A stretch of 64,000 nucleotides of DNA, from assembly GCA_031409335.1 (NCBI GenBank), contig JANNWY010000214.1:1-64000 (forward strand). Reading direction: 5' to 3'. This document shows positions 19,301-29,040 of this stretch, in pieces; position 1 is the first letter of the stretch; each line of letters opens with the position of its first letter. The stretch is from Chthoniobacteraceae bacterium. Its GTDB lineage: Bacteria > Verrucomicrobiota > Verrucomicrobiia > Chthoniobacterales > Chthoniobacteraceae. Below the pieces are notes generated by a model. It did not search any database, was not told the origin of the DNA, and saw nothing but the letters and a program-made list of their open reading frames with translations. The position numbers were made by a program, and so were the translations under genes.

Positions 19301-21715
19301 GCTCGCGAAAGAGCGGTCGGCGCGCAGGTCGGTGACTTCGAGACTCGATCCGCCGCCATCCGCCCACTGGCTCCAGCGTCCGCCATCGCGATACGTCAGG
19401 GAATCGACTTCCACATTGATCGTCAGCGCACCGACCGTCTCGGGCCGATCGAGCGTCAGATGATCGCCACCATTCCCCAGCGTGCCGCTGTAGTCGCCGA
19501 AGACGAGCGCGGGATTGAGCGCGGGATGGTTTGCCCGCGTGCGCGCCGCATTTTTCGCCACCACGAGGCGTCCGCCGGCTCCGATGCTCGTGCTGGCGGG
19601 AAAAGTGAAACTGATGCCGTCGGAGAAACGCCAGCCGCTCAGGTCGATCGGTGCGCCAGTGGTATTCGTCAGCTCCAGCCATTCGTCGAGATCGTCGCCG
19701 GTGATCGGATTGAAGAAAATCTCGCTGACCAAAACCTCGGGCGTGCGCAGCGCCGCGTTCGCCGCGCCGGGGCTGCGCGCGGCCAGCGGGCGCAAGTCGC
19801 CGAGGCCATTTGGCACGCGGCCGATGCTCAAATTCGCGGCCTGGCCGCCGAAGCGCACGGCGTCGAGTACGCGCGTTCCGGCGGCATTGGTGAAGTAGAG
19901 CGTCTCGCCGTCCGCGCCCAGCGCGAAACCGAGTTGCGTTTCATCGAACATCGCGAAACCGCCCGCGGGCAGGACGGTGCCGGGCGGGATGACAAACTTC
20001 GCCAATGCCGCCGGGTCGTCGCTCAGCGTACCGCCGGAGATGTCCACGTTTAGCGGCGAGCGGTTGTATAGCTCGATGAAATCGACGAGCGGCACATCGG
20101 AGCGCGCGAGCACTTCATTGATGACGACATGATCCTGCGCGCTTCCCGGCCCGACATCACCCGCGCCCGGCGAGCCGCCACGCAGCGCGCTCGCCTCCCA
20201 CGCGCGCGGATCGCCCGCGCCATAGCTCGGGCGCACGAGGATCAGCGAATGCCCCGTGCCGTCCGCCGCGACCGGCCACGGCGCGTGATCGTTCCACGAG
20301 ACCTCCTGCACGATGGCATCGCTCCCTTTGCGCAAACGCACGGTGCCACCTTCGTTTGAGAGATTGCCAATGAACGGCCCGAGCACGCCGCTCAATCCAT
20401 ACACCGTCTGCAAGTCCGTCGGCACATGCGCGATAACCACCCGGCCCTTCGCCGCGATCGTTGCGCCTGCCGGGAAAGTGTAGCTGACATCGCCAGTCAA
20501 CCGGTAACCGGCGAGATCCTCGATCCACGGGTTCGAGTTGTAGAGCTCGACGAATTCGAGATCGAGCGCATCGAGCCGCGGCGCGGGGTGATAGTGGATT
20601 TCCGAAACGACGAGCCCGGTCCGCCGGTTCGACGGCCCCGGTGGTTCCCAGGTCGCCTGCTGCGGTGTTTGGAAAGTGACGTTCACCGTGGCGTCCGCGG
20701 TCGCCGTGCCGATCGGATTCGTCACCGCGATGGTATAAAGCCCCGCGTCCGCCGCGCCCGCGCTGGCCACCGCGTAGGTCGCATTCGTCGCGCCGGGGAT
20801 CGGGACGTTGTTGCGGCTCCATTGATAAGTGATCGGCCCGGAGCCCGAGGCCACGACACTCAGCGTGAAGGGCTGGCTGAAGGGCAGCGATTGCGAGACC
20901 GGTCCCGTCGTGATTGTCGGCGGCTGGGGGATGTTGTTGATCTGCGTGAGCACGAGGACATCGACGCGCGCATCCATGATCGTGCCCGTCCCGGAGGCGT
21001 TGCCGCCATTGTGCGCGCGGAATTCGATGAAGCGATCCGTCGCATTGTCGAAGCCCACATTCCACGTCCCAAGATCGAAAGTGCTCGCGCCCACCTGCAC
21101 CGTGGCCTGCGCCGTCGGTTGCGCCAGCGTTTCATCGACGGTGATCGTGACGGTGAACGATGTGGCCCACAAATCCGGGCTGCGCAGCGCCGCCGGCAGG
21201 CCGCTGGCCAGCACCAAATTGTCCGCCCACGATTGCCAGCCTGCGGTCCCGCGCACGAGCAGCGCGAAATCCGCCGAAGCGCTGTTCGGGCCGACCACAT
21301 CCGCCTGATCGCCAATAGCAAAAGAGAGCCACGCGTCGCTGATGCTCGTGCTGCTGCGGTCGAGCCGCGCGACAAAGCGCGCCGTCCATTTCAATCCCGC
21401 GAGCGAAGCGCCAAAACTCCCGTTCGCGCGCAACGCCATCTGGCTGAGTGCTGCCCCGTGGATGGTGTGCAGATTCACCACATCGCTGCCGACGAGCGTG
21501 CTGTCTTCGAGAAAGGCGTCGTTGCCCGCGTTGCCCGTCACCGTTTCGGTGTAGGTCGTCGTCGCCGTGCCGCCGGCTTGGCGGGCGGGCACGTCGAGAT
21601 TCACGTCGGTATCGGTATTGCCGGGGCTGGAGGGAAAACTGAACGGGTCGTTCAGGATCGTGGTGTCGGCGTAAAGGACCGCCGTCGTGGCGAGTAGGAG
21701 AAACAGCGTGCGCAT
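16340..21715 (-). CDS. Large secreted lamin-tail-domain / CotH kinase-like protein with Ig domain
   Basis: Repeated LTD motifs (SEIHYHP, INEVLA..DFIELYN, SEIFFNP, INEWLAAN), CotH-like HLFVNG..G.Y / NTYLY...WDMD; signal peptide from MRTLFLLL. Confidence 0.85.
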   Translation of the reverse strand: MRTLFLLLATTAVLYADTTILNDPFSFPSSPGNTDTDVNLDVPARQAGGTATTTYTETVTGNAGNDAFLEDSTLVGSDVVNLHTIHGAALSQMALRANGSFGASLAGLKWTARFVARLDRSSTSISDAWLSFAIGDQADVVGPNSASADFALLVRGTAGWQSWADNLVLASGLPAALRSPDLWATSFTVTITVDETLAQPTAQATVQVGASTFDLGTWNVGFDNATDRFIEFRAHNGGNASGTGTIMDARVDVLVLTQINNIPQPPTITTGPVSQSLPFSQPFTLSVVASGSGPITYQWSRNNVPIPGATNATYAVASAGAADAGLYTIAVTNPIGTATADATVNVTFQTPQQATWEPPGPSNRRTGLVVSEIHYHPAPRLDALDLEFVELYNSNPWIEDLAGYRLTGDVSYTFPAGATIAAKGRVVIAHVPTDLQTVYGLSGVLGPFIGNLSNEGGTVRLRKGSDAIVQEVSWNDHAPWPVAADGTGHSLILVRPSYGAGDPRAWEASALRGGSPGAGDVGPGSAQDHVVINEVLARSDVPLVDFIELYNRSPLNVDISGGTLSDDPAALAKFVIPPGTVLPAGGFAMFDETQLGFALGADGETLYFTNAAGTRVLDAVRFGGQAANLSIGRVPNGLGDLRPLAARSPGAANAALRTPEVLVSEIFFNPITGDDLDEWLELTNTTGAPIDLSGWRFSDGISFTFPASTSIGAGGRLVVAKNAARTRANHPALNPALVFGDYSGTLGNGGDHLTLDRPETVGALTINVEVDSLTYRDGGRWSQWADGGGSSLEVTDLRADRSFASAWADSNETAKAPWTTVSVSGTLDLGNVGTTGADRVQLFLMGTGETLVDNIVVAPNGAGNVVTNGGFEGGLTGWTVQGNQSRSTAVAGQGVGGGSALRLRGTDDGDVEGNRVFSALTSTLAANTNATVSAQMRWLAGRPEAILRLKGGYLEAFGTLTVPKNLGTPGAPNSRAVANAGPAIAEVSHFPVLPVAGVPFRVFARVIDPDGLSAVTLRWRVETTGTFTSAVMHDDGVNGDTFAGDGLFTGTIPQQTAGTLIVFRIEATDAAPSPASALFPPDAPAHECLARVGEPAQAGDFGVYRIWLTSANVTTWASRAKFGNEPIDVTYVYGGVRAVYGGGAWYAGSEASTPGFTSPLGGLCGYNLTLPQDDLVLEENHISLDFPVRDVTDQREVLMFWMAEQLRLPNLYRRYVHLFVNGVRRGTIYDDVQQPDGTLIDEYFPDDNDGHLHKSNNWNESPDAANSVTAGEANILRHYDSAGQHKLARYRWTWRPRAARSANEFADLFSLIDAVNATTGYQAAIESRIDVENWMRTFAFHDLCSYWDGFGNPNHKNTYLYKPMAGRWTQFTWDMDVGLGVFNDPTNAALFPATVDTKVDALQAFAPFRRIYWQTISEAFATFFSGTGVTSQLQRRYDAFTANGIALTSPFVASGAYSLSITQWIDQRRTFLQGELNAVSASFAITSPANVTVTVPTVTISGTAPVTVATLTVNNAALPVTWTSVTAWSIPLVPASGTNPYVVRAFDGNGVQVGTGTVTVTFTGVNAWAALRINEWLAANNSTNADPADADFEDWVELYNPTASTVTLAGWTLGDSAPAPGVNYIIPNGYTIPAGGRLRIWCDDETVQSTTPGNLHVPFKLASAGETLVLRAPDGTLIDTVTFGQQYDDISQGRTTDGGTVIAYLTMPTPGTPNGGAAGLPGVSILKSGNVVTFTLSVLPKYGYQLEYKDDLTSAAWTPIGAPVTATSAVLTLSDPAADGPQRFYRVVRTP

Positions 21716-21887
21716 GGATTGGGGAAAATTCGGCAACATCGCGAGTGCGACGATCCGAGCACATTTCCCCGCAAACAACGAATTGCCAAGTCTCCGTTTT
21801 TTTTGTTATTTTTTCGTGACAAAAATCCGTTGGGCACCTAGAAATTCATGCGGCATTCGACAACCCGAATGCCGATCCCCCAAAATT

Positions 21888-23072
21888 ATGATGCTCTCAC
21901 GCAACCTTCTGCCCATGCTCTGCGCCTGCGCTGGCGCTCCTTTCGCTCTCGCCGGCCCCGCAGTGCCGATCACCGGTCTTTTTAATACCGGCGTGGACGC
22001 CTTCGGCGTGCCGCTGACGGACAACACGCCGGACATTCACTACACTTTTGCCGTGCCACCGCCGACCGGCACCGTGCCGCTCGTCACCACTTCTGCGGGG
22101 GGCTTCCCAATTGGTCCGTGGCTCGGGGACAACACAACGTCCGCATGGATCACACCGTCGCCCGATACCACGGGCAATGCCGGCGACTATATCTACCGCA
22201 CCACTTTCACCATCCCGACCGGCACGGACCCGAGCCAGATCTATATCCGGGGTAGTCTGACGAGCGATAACGGCACGACGGGCGTGCTCATCAACGGCGT
22301 TTCGACTGGCATCACCGGCAGTGGAAATTTTCCTGCGTTCGATGCCCCGTTCACGATTGCCAAAGGCTTCGTGGTCGGCGTGAACACGCTCGATTTCGTC
22401 GTCAATGAAGCCACGGGCAGCGCGGGTGCCGGCGGCTTTACTGGCTTGCGCGTGGAAATGGGTGGCGCGCACGGTCCGGTCGGGCATGTCTCGATTCCGG
22501 GGCTCATCAACACTGGCGTGGCCGTGGCCGAAGGCGCGCCGCTGCCGGAGGATTCGCTGGACACGCACTATGCGCTGACCGGGTCGGTCACTGGATCGCC
22601 GTTTGTCGCGACGTCCGCAGGCGGCTTCCCGATTGGGCCTTGGCTTGGCGATTCGCAAAACTCCGCCTGGATCGTCCCCGCCGCCGACACCAATGGACCG
22701 GACGGCGACTACTTCTATACCCTCGCCTTCGACCTGACGGGCCTTGATCCATCGACAGCCAGCATCTTTGGCCAATGGTCCGTGGACAACCTTGGCGTGG
22801 AGATCCTGCTCAATGGCGCACCGACCAGCAACGTGAATGGCGCTGGCTTTGGCGGCTTTACCGACTTCACCGTCTCCGCCGCGCAAGGCGCGCTCTTCTC
22901 GGCTGGGGTGAATATGCTGACCTTCCAAGTGAACAATGGGCCAGGCGCCGGTCCTACTGGCCTGCGCGTCGATTTCCTCAGCGCCACCGCCGCCGTCGTG
23001 CCCGAGCCCTCATCCGCACTGCTCCTCGCAAGCGGCCTCGGCTTCCTCGCGAGCCAGCGTCGGAAGCGGTAA
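21888..23072 (+). CDS. PEP-CTERM surface protein with two tandem copies of one domain
   Basis: Signal peptide, C-terminal VPEPSSALLLASGLGFLASQRRKR, repeated TSAGGFPIGPWLGD. Confidence 0.9.
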   Translation: MMLSRNLLPMLCACAGAPFALAGPAVPITGLFNTGVDAFGVPLTDNTPDIHYTFAVPPPTGTVPLVTTSAGGFPIGPWLGDNTTSAWITPSPDTTGNAGDYIYRTTFTIPTGTDPSQIYIRGSLTSDNGTTGVLINGVSTGITGSGNFPAFDAPFTIAKGFVVGVNTLDFVVNEATGSAGAGGFTGLRVEMGGAHGPVGHVSIPGLINTGVAVAEGAPLPEDSLDTHYALTGSVTGSPFVATSAGGFPIGPWLGDSQNSAWIVPAADTNGPDGDYFYTLAFDLTGLDPSTASIFGQWSVDNLGVEILLNGAPTSNVNGAGFGGFTDFTVSAAQGALFSAGVNMLTFQVNNGPGAGPTGLRVDFLSATAAVVPEPSSALLLASGLGFLASQRRKR

Positions 23073-23133
23073 GTTGATCTAGGAGAACTTTGGCGCGACA
23101 CCGCTCGCGGGCCGATCAACCCGCGCGCCGCCG

Positions 23134-24573
23134 CTACGCCAGCAATCCCTCGACGACCCGCGCTGCCTGTCCATCCGTGAGCGTCATTTCGGTGGCGTTG
23201 CGTTTGTAGGCGAGCCGGGTGTGATCGAGGCCGAAGAGGTGCAGGAGCGTGGCGTGATAGTCGAAGTGGTTGACGATGTCCTTGACCGCGCGGTGGCCGA
23301 ATTCGTCGGTTTCGCCGTGTGCGCAGCCGGCTTTGATGCCACCGCCGGCAAGCCACATGGAGAAGCCGTAGGTGTTGTGATCGCGACCCCATTTTTCGCG
23401 GCCGGCGTCGTTTTGCAAAACCGGGAGACGTCCCATTTCGCCGCCCCAATGGACGACGGTGGAATCAAGCAGACCGCGTTGCTTGAGATCGGCAACGAGC
23501 GCAGCGCAGGGCTGATCGACGGCGCGGCAGGAAGCGGGGAGGGCATTGATGATGTTGCCGTGGTGATCCCACGACTGGCCTTGATTGAGCACCTGCACGA
23601 ATCGCACGCCGCGCTCGACAAGCCGCCGCGCGATGAGGCAGCGCGTGGCGTAATCGCGCGTTTCGTCGCGCTCGATGCCATACATTTTTTTGATGTGGTC
23701 GGGCTCGCCGGAGATATCGAGCGCCTCCTTCGCGGCGGTCTGCATCTTCGCGGCAAGTTCGTAGCTGGCGATGCGGGCTTCGAGATCCTGTTCGCCGGGA
23801 TGCGCGGCGAGGTGTGCCTGATTGAGCGTGCGCAGATACTCGAGCTGCCGGGCCTGCGGTGCGCCGACGTATTCCGCAGGCGGGTCGAGATTCAAAATGC
23901 GCGGCTCGGTCGGGCGGACGACGGTGCCTTGGTAAATCGAAGGCAGCCATCCGCCGGTCCAGTTTTCACCGACGAGGAGCGGTGCGCCGTTCGGATGTGT
24001 GAGGGCGACGTAGGCGGGGAGTTCCTGCGATTCGCTACCGAGCCCGTAGCCGAGCCAGCTTCCGAGCGACGGTCGGCCGGCAATGGTGCGCCCGGAGTTG
24101 AGCGCATACATGGACTGGCCGTGGTTGTTCACGCCGGTGTGCATGGAGCGGATCACGGTGATGTCATCGACGATGCCGGCGAGGTGCGGGAGCAGTTCGG
24201 AAAGCTCGGTGCCGCACTGGCCATGTTTCTGAAACTTCCACGGACTTGCAAAAACCTTGGCGCTGGCCTCCGCGGCGTTGTCGTAGCGGATATCGCCGGG
24301 GAATTTCTGCCCGTCATACTTCGCGAGGATCGGCTTTGGATCGAGCAGATCCATCTGCGATGGGCCGCCAATCATCAGGAGCGAAATCATGGCTTTCGCC
24401 TTCGGCGCGAAGTGCGGTTGCTTTGGCAGGAGGTCGAACGTGCGGCGTTCGAGGTCGGGCTTCACCGGGGCGGCGAGCAGGCCGTCTTCGCGGAGCAGAT
24501 GCGTGAGCGCAAGCGAACCGAGGCCAAAGGCATTTGCGCGGAGAAAATGGCGACGGGAGCAGAACGTGTTCAT
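23134..24573 (-). CDS. DUF1501 domain protein (Tat-exported, sulfatase-like)
   Basis: SRRHFL Tat motif, GGPSQMDLLDPKP, ARRLVERGVRFVQ, WDHH, GRDHN. Confidence 0.92.
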   Translation of the reverse strand: MNTFCSRRHFLRANAFGLGSLALTHLLREDGLLAAPVKPDLERRTFDLLPKQPHFAPKAKAMISLLMIGGPSQMDLLDPKPILAKYDGQKFPGDIRYDNAAEASAKVFASPWKFQKHGQCGTELSELLPHLAGIVDDITVIRSMHTGVNNHGQSMYALNSGRTIAGRPSLGSWLGYGLGSESQELPAYVALTHPNGAPLLVGENWTGGWLPSIYQGTVVRPTEPRILNLDPPAEYVGAPQARQLEYLRTLNQAHLAAHPGEQDLEARIASYELAAKMQTAAKEALDISGEPDHIKKMYGIERDETRDYATRCLIARRLVERGVRFVQVLNQGQSWDHHGNIINALPASCRAVDQPCAALVADLKQRGLLDSTVVHWGGEMGRLPVLQNDAGREKWGRDHNTYGFSMWLAGGGIKAGCAHGETDEFGHRAVKDIVNHFDYHATLLHLFGLDHTRLAYKRNATEMTLTDGQAARVVEGLLA

Positions 24574-27170
24574 TCGACGTAGAGAAAGCGGTTTGCGCTG
24601 AGGAGCGTCTGGCAAAGGCTGGCGAGCGCCTGGAGATGGGGATCGACGGGCGGCGCGTCTTTCTTTGGTGGTGTCAGGGCGGCGCGGGCTCGGAGCGTTT
24701 CGGATTGTTCGGCGAGGAAGCTGAGGGCGGTGCTGAGTGCTGCGTCCGACGGGGCGCTCCCGTAGAGCAGATGCCACGCGGCATTGAGCTGACCGCGGGC
24801 ATCACCGCCGTGCTCGACGCGAAGACGTTCGGCGAGTTTCGTCGCGGTGTTCACGATGAAGGCGTCGTTCATCAACAGGAGCGACTGCGGGGCGACGGTG
24901 GTGGTGTCGCGGAGATTGCAATTCGGCGACATGACGGGCGCGTCAAATGTGTCGAGCATCGTGAGCGGCTGGCGTCTCCGCATCGTGATGTAAATGCTGC
25001 GCCGGAATTCCTGATCGCCGACCGGATCGAAGCCGATCGGATCGCCATTGTTGTCCTTCTTCTGATTGCCGGGAACGATGCGGCCTGCGGGATCAAGCGC
25101 GATGCCGACGGCGGGGCCGAACTGCTGGGCGTTGAGTCTGCCGGTGACGGCGAGCATGGAGTCCCGGAGCGCCTCGGCATCCAGGCGATGGAGGCGGAAG
25201 CGCGCGTAGAATTTGTTGTCGGGATCGGCGTTCTGCGCGGCGTCATTGCGCGACGACTGGCGGTAGGTGCGGGAGATGACGAGCAGTTTGTGCAATGGCT
25301 TCAAGCGCCAGCCGTTCGCCATGAATTCGCTCGCGAGCCAGTCGAGCAATTCGGGATGCGTGGGTTTTTCACCGAGCGTGCCGAAATCGCCGGGTGTGTT
25401 CACGAGACCGCGTCCAAAGTGACCCAGCCAAAAACGATTCACGAGCACGCGGGCGACGAGCGGGTGCCGCCCGCTCGTGAGCCAGCGCGCGTAGGCGAGG
25501 CGTCGCTGCGTCGTGTCGCCCGCGCGTTCTGGAATGTCTGCGACATCGGCAGCACGCAGGATCATGAGTTCACCGGGCGCGATCTTTTCGCGCGGCTGCT
25601 CGTGGTCACCGCGATTGAAAAGATGCGTCTCGGGCGCCTGTCCGGCGACTTCGGTCAGCGCCATTACGAACGGTTCGACGGGTTTCGCCGCGCGCCGCTT
25701 CCTGCCTTCCTCACGAAGCGCCTTCACTTCCTTGTCCGCCGCCATGTCGAAGAGATCAAGGCTGCCCGCATCGACATTCAGGCCGGGATGTTCCTTGAAA
25801 AGTTGCTGCTGCTCGGGCGTGCGTTTATCGGCAGGAGTGGCGCGCGCGAGGCGGATGGGTTCGCGCAGATTTTCCGGCAATGCGGCGAGGCGCGCGGCAA
25901 AGATGCGGTGCTTGTGCTCGATCGTGCGCGCTTCGGCGACAAGATCCCATTCGTGCGCTTCGCCTTCGATCGCCTCAGCGTGGAGGCGCTGCGCTGGCGT
26001 GTAGAGCGAAGTGAGGCGCTCGTTCGGCCTGCGCCAGTTCTTCCAATCGAGCGCGGGCTCGAAGACGGCGCGGAGCCGGAAGTAATCCGCCTGCGCGATG
26101 GGATCGTAGCGATGATCGTGGCACTGCGCGCAGGCGACAGTGAGCCCGAGGAGCGACGATGAGACGACTTTCAGCGTGTCGGCGATGACTTCATTGCGCG
26201 CGAGTTTTTGATCGGGCACTTCGTCGCCAGTGCCATCCGGTGCCATGCGGAGAAAGCCGGTCGCGGTGAGCAGGTCGAGCTTCGCGGGATCGGTGGCGAC
26301 TTGCGCGGCATTCGCGTGATTTGCGGCGGCGAGTTCGTCGCCCGCGAGTTGTTCGACGATGAAATCGCTCCACGGTTTGTCGGCGTTCATCGCGCGGATG
26401 ACGTAGTCGCGATAGCGCCACGCGTGAGGGCGGGGAGAGTCCGCTTCCGTCATGCCATTCGAGTCGGCGTAACCCGCGACATCGAGCCAGTGGCGCGCCC
26501 AGCGTTCGCCGTAGGCGGGCGATGCGAGCAGGCGATCGGCGAGCCTTTCGTAAGCATCGGGCGCGGTGTCGCTCGCGAATGCTTCGACTTCCTCCGGCTT
26601 CGGCGGAAGGCCGGTGAGATCCAGCGACAGGCGGCGGATGAGCGTGCGCGCATCGGCCTCGGGCGCGAAGTCGAGGCCGTGCTCTTTCAATTTCGCCGAC
26701 ACAAACCCATCGACCGGATTTCCGTCTCCGGGCACTGCGGGGCGGGCGATCGGTCGAAACGCCCAGAACTCACGCTCTTCTTCCGTGATGAAAAACTTTG
26801 GCACCTCCGCGGGTTCCTCGCGCCCCGTTGGCGCTCCCGCGGCGATCCATTTTTCGAGCTTCGCGATTTCCTCGGCATTCAGCTTCTTTCCTTCCTTGGG
26901 CATCTCGCCTTCGCGGACGAGCCGCAGCATTTCACTCTCCTCAGGCTGGCCCGGCACCATCACGTGCCCGCCGCCGTCCTTGAGTTCGCGCAACATGAAA
27001 CGTCGCAGCCGCAGATCGACGCCGCCCTTCAATTTCTCACCCTCGCCGTGGCAGTGAAAACAATGCGTCTTCACGATCGGCCGAATGTCGCGCTCGAACG
27101 AAAGATCGGCGCCTGCATTGAAAAGCGGAAGCGTCGCGAGAATCGCGATGAAATGTGAGACGCGGCGCAT
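24570..27170 (-). CDS. Planctomycete cytochrome c / DUF1549 / DUF1553 protein
   Basis: CFHCHG, YGERWARHWLDVAGYADS, CAQCHDHRYDP, PTHPELLDWLA; start MRRVSH. Confidence 0.92.
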   Translation of the reverse strand: MRRVSHFIAILATLPLFNAGADLSFERDIRPIVKTHCFHCHGEGEKLKGGVDLRLRRFMLRELKDGGGHVMVPGQPEESEMLRLVREGEMPKEGKKLNAEEIAKLEKWIAAGAPTGREEPAEVPKFFITEEEREFWAFRPIARPAVPGDGNPVDGFVSAKLKEHGLDFAPEADARTLIRRLSLDLTGLPPKPEEVEAFASDTAPDAYERLADRLLASPAYGERWARHWLDVAGYADSNGMTEADSPRPHAWRYRDYVIRAMNADKPWSDFIVEQLAGDELAAANHANAAQVATDPAKLDLLTATGFLRMAPDGTGDEVPDQKLARNEVIADTLKVVSSSLLGLTVACAQCHDHRYDPIAQADYFRLRAVFEPALDWKNWRRPNERLTSLYTPAQRLHAEAIEGEAHEWDLVAEARTIEHKHRIFAARLAALPENLREPIRLARATPADKRTPEQQQLFKEHPGLNVDAGSLDLFDMAADKEVKALREEGRKRRAAKPVEPFVMALTEVAGQAPETHLFNRGDHEQPREKIAPGELMILRAADVADIPERAGDTTQRRLAYARWLTSGRHPLVARVLVNRFWLGHFGRGLVNTPGDFGTLGEKPTHPELLDWLASEFMANGWRLKPLHKLLVISRTYRQSSRNDAAQNADPDNKFYARFRLHRLDAEALRDSMLAVTGRLNAQQFGPAVGIALDPAGRIVPGNQKKDNNGDPIGFDPVGDQEFRRSIYITMRRRQPLTMLDTFDAPVMSPNCNLRDTTTVAPQSLLLMNDAFIVNTATKLAERLRVEHGGDARGQLNAAWHLLYGSAPSDAALSTALSFLAEQSETLRARAALTPPKKDAPPVDPHLQALASLCQTLLSANRFLYVE

Positions 27171-27251
27171 CACTCTTTCCCAATCGTACAAAGCGCGCGC
27201 ATTTAGGAACAAACTTGGCGCGGCGGCGCTTCGCGGTGAAGGTTGCCCCGC

Positions 27252-28337
27252 ATGGCTGACGAACGCGAACCCATCAAATCCCTGACCCTCGATGAACTCG
27301 GGCAGCACCTCGCCGTGCTCGGACAGCCTGCCTATCGGGCGAAGCAGGTGATGGAATGGATTTACGGGAAGCGCGTGAAGTCGTTCGACGGGATGAGCAA
27401 TCTGCCAGCGGCTTTGCGGGCGCAGCTTGCGGCGGAGTTTTTGTTCGATGACTTGAAGCCGGTGCGCACGCTCGGTGCCGAGGATACGACGCGGAAATTT
27501 CTCTTCCAGCTCGGCGACGGCGCGCTGATCGAGGCGGTGCTGATCCCGGCTTCGCCCGCGCTTTACGGCGAAGCATCGGACCGGCGGACGCTTTGCGTTT
27601 CGACCCAGGTCGGCTGTGCGTATGGCTGCAAATTTTGCGCGAGCGGGTTGGATGGGTGGAGCCGGAATTTGAGCGCGGGCGAAATCGTCGATCAGATTTT
27701 GCGCGTGGAGGAAATCAGCGGCGAGAAGATCAACAACATCGTCTTCATGGGAATGGGCGAGCCGATGGCGAACTACGCGAATTTGATGAAGGCGATCGCG
27801 ATCATCAATGCGCCGTGGGGCATCGGGCTCGGCGCGCGGCACATCACGATTTCGACGAGCGGACTCGCGCCGCAAATCCGTGAGCTGGCGGAACAGCCGC
27901 TGCAGGTGCGGCTCGCCATTTCACTGCATGGCGCGACGGATGAAGTGCGCGAGCAAATCATGCCGGTGAATCGGAAATATCCGCTCGCGGTGCTGCTGGA
28001 GGCGTGTGCTTTTTACGCGGAGCGAAAAAGCCAGCGGCTGACGTTTGAATACATCCTGATCGACGGCGTGAACGACCGCCCGGAAGACGCCGCGGCGCTG
28101 GTGCGGGTGGCGCGCAAAATCGGGGCGAAGGTGAATTGCATTCCCTACAACGCAGTGGACGGGCTCGACTGGAAGCGCCCGAGCGAAGCGCGGCAGGATG
28201 CGTTCATGATGATCCTCGAAAACGCCAAAATCCCCGCGACGATCCGGCGGGAAAAAGGCCACGACATCGCGGCGGCCTGCGGGCAATTGCGGCGGCAAAC
28301 CATGCCGGAGCTGGCATCGGGCACGCGGCCCGCTTAA
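27252..28337 (+). CDS. rlmN: 23S rRNA/tRNA m2A methyltransferase RlmN
   Basis: CVSTQVGCAYGCKFC, MGMGEP, AACGQL. Confidence 0.96.
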   Translation: MADEREPIKSLTLDELGQHLAVLGQPAYRAKQVMEWIYGKRVKSFDGMSNLPAALRAQLAAEFLFDDLKPVRTLGAEDTTRKFLFQLGDGALIEAVLIPASPALYGEASDRRTLCVSTQVGCAYGCKFCASGLDGWSRNLSAGEIVDQILRVEEISGEKINNIVFMGMGEPMANYANLMKAIAIINAPWGIGLGARHITISTSGLAPQIRELAEQPLQVRLAISLHGATDEVREQIMPVNRKYPLAVLLEACAFYAERKSQRLTFEYILIDGVNDRPEDAAALVRVARKIGAKVNCIPYNAVDGLDWKRPSEARQDAFMMILENAKIPATIRREKGHDIAAACGQLRRQTMPELASGTRPA

Positions 28338-28383
28338 ACTCTTTGCAGAAAGGAGAACGCCAAGCTAAAAACCGCCCAACGAT

Positions 28384-29040
28384 ATGGCTGAATCTGACGA
28401 GCCGGAAAAAATCTGGGATGAATACGACTGGGAGCGTTTTCTCCAGCAGCAGGATCGGAAGACCGAGAAATACATGGAGCTTCTCGAGCGCTACATCGAC
28501 GATCCGAACCGCGACCAAATCATCGCCCGCGAGATGGGCTGGTATCATTTGCTCGATCAAGACGGCGAGCGCTGGGCGGAAACCGTGGATTCGACTTTTG
28601 AAGACGGCGAGGAGGCGGCGGTGGAAAAGGAACAGATCAATGTAGAGCCTGAAGAATCCTTTGAAGTCCATCCGCTGTATCAGGCGTCGTTCGCGCTGAC
28701 GGTGTGGATCGATCAATTCATCGAGGAACTGCCGGGCGCGCAGAATCAGCCCGCGGCGGTGAAACTTTCCACCCAGACCGCGATCGCGAGCGCAAAGCTG
28801 GCGGCGGCTTTGAGCGACGATGATGTGGATGAAATCGGGATGACGATCGCGTATTTGAAGCGCGCTCTGAAGGCGATCATGCTCGGGATCGATGCGTCAG
28901 TGCAGCTTCGCAAGGACGCAAAACTCGGCCCCGACGAGTTCGGCGTGCTCAATCAGCGGCTGTTTCGGATTCGTGACGGAATCATTCAACTGATGGGTGA
29001 ATTTCGCGTGGAATGGCGGCGGCGTTACAATCACGAGTGA
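28384..29040 (+). CDS. Hypothetical acidic helical protein
   Basis: 218 aa ORF, host-like codon use, in operon context. Confidence 0.75.
   Translation: MAESDEPEKIWDEYDWERFLQQQDRKTEKYMELLERYIDDPNRDQIIAREMGWYHLLDQDGERWAETVDSTFEDGEEAAVEKEQINVEPEESFEVHPLYQASFALTVWIDQFIEELPGAQNQPAAVKLSTQTAIASAKLAAALSDDDVDEIGMTIAYLKRALKAIMLGIDASVQLRKDAKLGPDEFGVLNQRLFRIRDGIIQLMGEFRVEWRRRYNHE

Noticed and set aside
27171..27875. N-terminal extension of the 1101-aa ORF, and similar long starts for photolyase, ALDH, integrase and SGNH
   Set aside because: Extensions overlap neighbouring genes or the att region; downstream starts give signal peptides or family-typical N-termini
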